A stretch of 18,718 bases of DNA from a bacterium. GTDB lineage: Bacteria; Krumholzibacteriota; Krumholzibacteriia; G020349025. Of this stretch, positions 16,424-18,718 are shown in pieces; position 1 is the first letter of the stretch, and every line of letters begins with the position of its first letter. Where the stretch lies: contig JANLSU010000110.1 of assembly GCA_031362565.1 (NCBI GenBank), positions 1-18,718 on the forward strand. The letters run 5' to 3'. The notes below the pieces were generated by a model that saw only the letters and a program-made list of their open reading frames with translations, did no database searches and had not been told where the DNA came from. A program made the position numbers and the translations under genes.

Positions 16424-17011
16424 ATGAAGCTCCGTGTTATCGCACCGCTTGTCTTGGCCCTCGCGCTCGCAGCGTCGACGGCGTCCGGTCAGTCCATCGG
16501 TATCTACGCCGACCCCTCTGGCGCAAACTGCAATCTGACCGCCGGCCTGTTCCAGGCATTCAACTGGTACATTCTGGTGAACCTAGGCGGCGCCGCGGCG
16601 GGTGGGACCACTGGCGCCGAGTTCCGCGTCGACAACTGGCCGGCGAGCTGGTCGTTCAACACCCTGACCCCGAACGCGAACTCGAATCTGGTGCTCGCCA
16701 GCCCGCTTACCGGCGGTTGCAACATCGCGTTCCCCAGTTGCCAGCCCGGCAGCAGTGGCGTGGTCGTGTTGTTCACGGTGAACACCTTGCCGCTGGACGC
16801 ACAGACGAACCGCAACGTGGCCGTGCTGCGCCACAACACGCCCAGCAACATCAATTTCCAGTGCCCACTCATCACGCTGTGCGACATCCCGGTGTTCACC
16901 AAGATCTGCGTGAACGGCGGCCAGGCCAGGATCAATGGCCCGGGCAACTGCACCGTCGCCGTCGAACGCCAGACGTGGTCGAACGTCAAGGCGCTCTACA
17001 GCAACAACTAA
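16424..17011 (+). CDS. Secreted hypothetical protein (signal peptide, 7 Cys, C-terminal VAVERQTWSNVKALY motif)
   Basis: GGAGG RBS, Sec signal peptide ending ASG/Q, strong GC3 codon bias and its own terminator. Confidence 0.85.
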   Translation: MKLRVIAPLVLALALAASTASGQSIGIYADPSGANCNLTAGLFQAFNWYILVNLGGAAAGGTTGAEFRVDNWPASWSFNTLTPNANSNLVLASPLTGGCNIAFPSCQPGSSGVVVLFTVNTLPLDAQTNRNVAVLRHNTPSNINFQCPLITLCDIPVFTKICVNGGQARINGPGNCTVAVERQTWSNVKALYSNN

Positions 17012-17036
17012 GAGCCGACCCAGGCGCTCTAAGACA

Positions 17037-17076
17037 AATGCGGCCCCGGCGAGCAACGTCGGGGCCGCATTCTTTT
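17037..17076 (+). terminator. Intrinsic terminator
   Basis: AATGCGGCCCCG...CGGGGCCGCATT 12-bp stem followed by CTTTT, 25 nt after the stop codon. Confidence 0.8.
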
Positions 17077-17225
17077 GGCATCCAACCGATCTTATTCCGT
17101 GGAAAACCAACTCAGCCGCGAGACAACCGCACAACCGCAAGCTAACCGCAAGCGCGTGGCGGTCTTCGGAGGTTTGCGACCCCCCGCCGACTACCTAGAA
17201 ACTCCCCCCGCGGGGTGGGGTTCTT

Positions 17226-18452
17226 TCAAGCGGCCTCCTGGATCGTGACTTCGTAGCCGAGATCGCGGAGTCTGCGTGTGAGGTGCTGGGCGATCCGGGT
17301 TCGATCACGTTGCACGAAGTGGTCGGGGCCGAGATCTTGATACGCGACGCCATCTCGGAGCATGTAGTAGATCGCCGTCAGCATGGAAGCTGCGACTGCC
17401 ACAGCCGCTTTTTTGGACCCTCCGCGGGATCGAATCCGGCGAAACAGCGATTGCAAATACGTTCCGTCGGTGCGTGATGCTGCCCATCCACACTGCACGA
17501 GCACTGGCTTGAGCCACTGACTGCTCTTGCGGATGCGAGTCGATCGTCGCTTGCCAGCGCTTTCGTCCATGCGCGGACACAGCCCTGCCCACGAAACCAG
17601 ATGCGCCGCGGTTGGGAAACGAGTCATGTCGGTGCCGATCTCCGCCAAGATGACTCGCGACGAGGCAATGCTGATGCCTGGCATTGTCATCAGAATGGCG
17701 GCTTCGGCTTGAAAGGGTTCGAGAGTCGACTCGATCTGCCCTTCACACTCCCGTACCACCTCGCCAAGGCTGTCGATCATCCGCAGGTGCTGGCGAAGCA
17801 GAAAACGGTGGTGAGGCCGCACGCGCCCGTGAAGGGCTTCCTCTAAGGATTCCCTCGAGCACTTCAGTCGATGGTTGCCCAGCGCTGCCAGCCGCTTGGG
17901 ATCTGTTTCCCCCGCGACTATCGCATCGAGCATTGCCCGGCCACTTAACCCAAGCACATTCGAGATGACCGAATCGAGCTTGATGTTGCAATCCTCGAGG
18001 ATCCGCTGCACTCGCTGTGTGTGCTGCACGACCTCGCGGAGTAGCTGTCGACGCGTGCGCGTCAAGTCGCGCAGTTCCTGAATCACGGGCGGCGGTACGA
18101 AACTACTGCGAATCAGCCCACAAGCCAACAGCTGAGCAATCCAGGTCGCATCGTTTACATCGCTCTTGCGACCAGGCACATTGTGAATATGCGCCGCGTT
18201 CGCAAGCACCAGTTCGAAGTCACCCTCCAAGACGTGCCACACCGGCTTCCAGTACGGCCCGGTTGCCTCCATCGCGACGATCGTGCACTCCACCTCGCGG
18301 AGCCAGTCGGACAGTTCCATCAGGCCCCGCGTTGTTGTCGCGAAGGTGCGCACCTCCTGACGCAAATTCGCACCCGAGCCGACTCGCCGACACGCAACGA
18401 CCGTCCTCTTGTGTACGTCTAAACCCGCGCAACGTGCATGCAGCGTATCCAC
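17226..18452 (-). CDS. IS110-family transposase (bridge recombinase)
   Basis: DEDD RuvC-like motifs GLDVHK, MEATGPYW and KSDVNDA; Tnp domain PGI...ILAEIG...F.TAAHLVSWAGLCPRMDESAGK with the catalytic Ser. Confidence 0.96.
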   Translation of the reverse strand: MDTLHARCAGLDVHKRTVVACRRVGSGANLRQEVRTFATTTRGLMELSDWLREVECTIVAMEATGPYWKPVWHVLEGDFELVLANAAHIHNVPGRKSDVNDATWIAQLLACGLIRSSFVPPPVIQELRDLTRTRRQLLREVVQHTQRVQRILEDCNIKLDSVISNVLGLSGRAMLDAIVAGETDPKRLAALGNHRLKCSRESLEEALHGRVRPHHRFLLRQHLRMIDSLGEVVRECEGQIESTLEPFQAEAAILMTMPGISIASSRVILAEIGTDMTRFPTAAHLVSWAGLCPRMDESAGKRRSTRIRKSSQWLKPVLVQCGWAASRTDGTYLQSLFRRIRSRGGSKKAAVAVAASMLTAIYYMLRDGVAYQDLGPDHFVQRDRTRIAQHLTRRLRDLGYEVTIQEAA

Positions 18453-18464
18453 GCAACACCTGCT

Positions 18465-18665
18465 TTCTACACCGCCGGCGTGAGGCCCTCGAATATCGAA
18501 GTCTACCTAACGTGCTCTAGGACACGAGCGTCCCTGGCGACAATCACGAGTGCTCGGAGGGCCTCCGGTCAAACTCAGACCCGGGCTTGTAGCACCAAGC
18601 AAAACCCGACCTCTATGCCGACGGCGCGCCTCCAGACTACACCCAGTTTCATAGACTCGGGTGCG
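18465..18665 (-). ncRNA. Predicted IS110 bridge RNA (ends approximate)
   Basis: Non-coding end upstream of the recombinase contains GUCUGAG (matches the target flank) and then UAGGUAG (matches the IS end), each followed by a small hairpin. Confidence 0.7.
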
Positions 18666-18718
18666 CGGAGCGCATGGGAACTCAGACAGAACGGGCCGCG
18701 CCGCGCGCTTCGCGCGCA

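Larger units (their letters stand above)
17191..18682 (-). mobile_element. IS110-family insertion sequence, apparently complete, bounded by a CT core dinucleotide (+ strand) at 17191-17192 and 18681-18682
   Basis: IS110 recombinase, ~230-nt upstream non-coding end, short downstream end and no terminal inverted repeats. Boundaries were inferred from internal guide-like matches to both junctions. Confidence 0.8.

Overview
High-GC bacterial chromosomal window. A secreted protein ending in a 'TWxxVKALY' motif hints at a Krumholzibacteriota/Latescibacterota/Eisenbacteria-like host (inference). From left to right: (1) the end of an integrative element whose large serine integrase has split comM/yifB at the AAMNP|CPCG motif; (2) a ~1.4-kb mostly non-coding region (3570-4980) holding two copies of a module [sigma54-type promoter -> hairpin -> boxA-like GTGTTCTTTGAAAAC], five bipartite ~75-87-nt repeats, and an embedded decayed BrnT / intact BrnA-like toxin-antitoxin cassette; (3) a MacAB-like ABC exporter operon; (4) a CHASE2-PAS histidine kinase and an NtrC-type sigma54 activator, with a divergent sigma54-type promoter upstream of a candidate ~190-nt rod-shaped ncRNA; (5) FGE-sulfatase-domain lipoprotein, rhomboid protease, trmL and a Cys-containing secreted protein; (6) an apparently complete IS110 whose bridge-RNA guide segments match its own target and donor junctions. 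The most novel-looking item is the sigma54/boxA-led repeat array. All calls were made by eye; no searches or folding programs were run.
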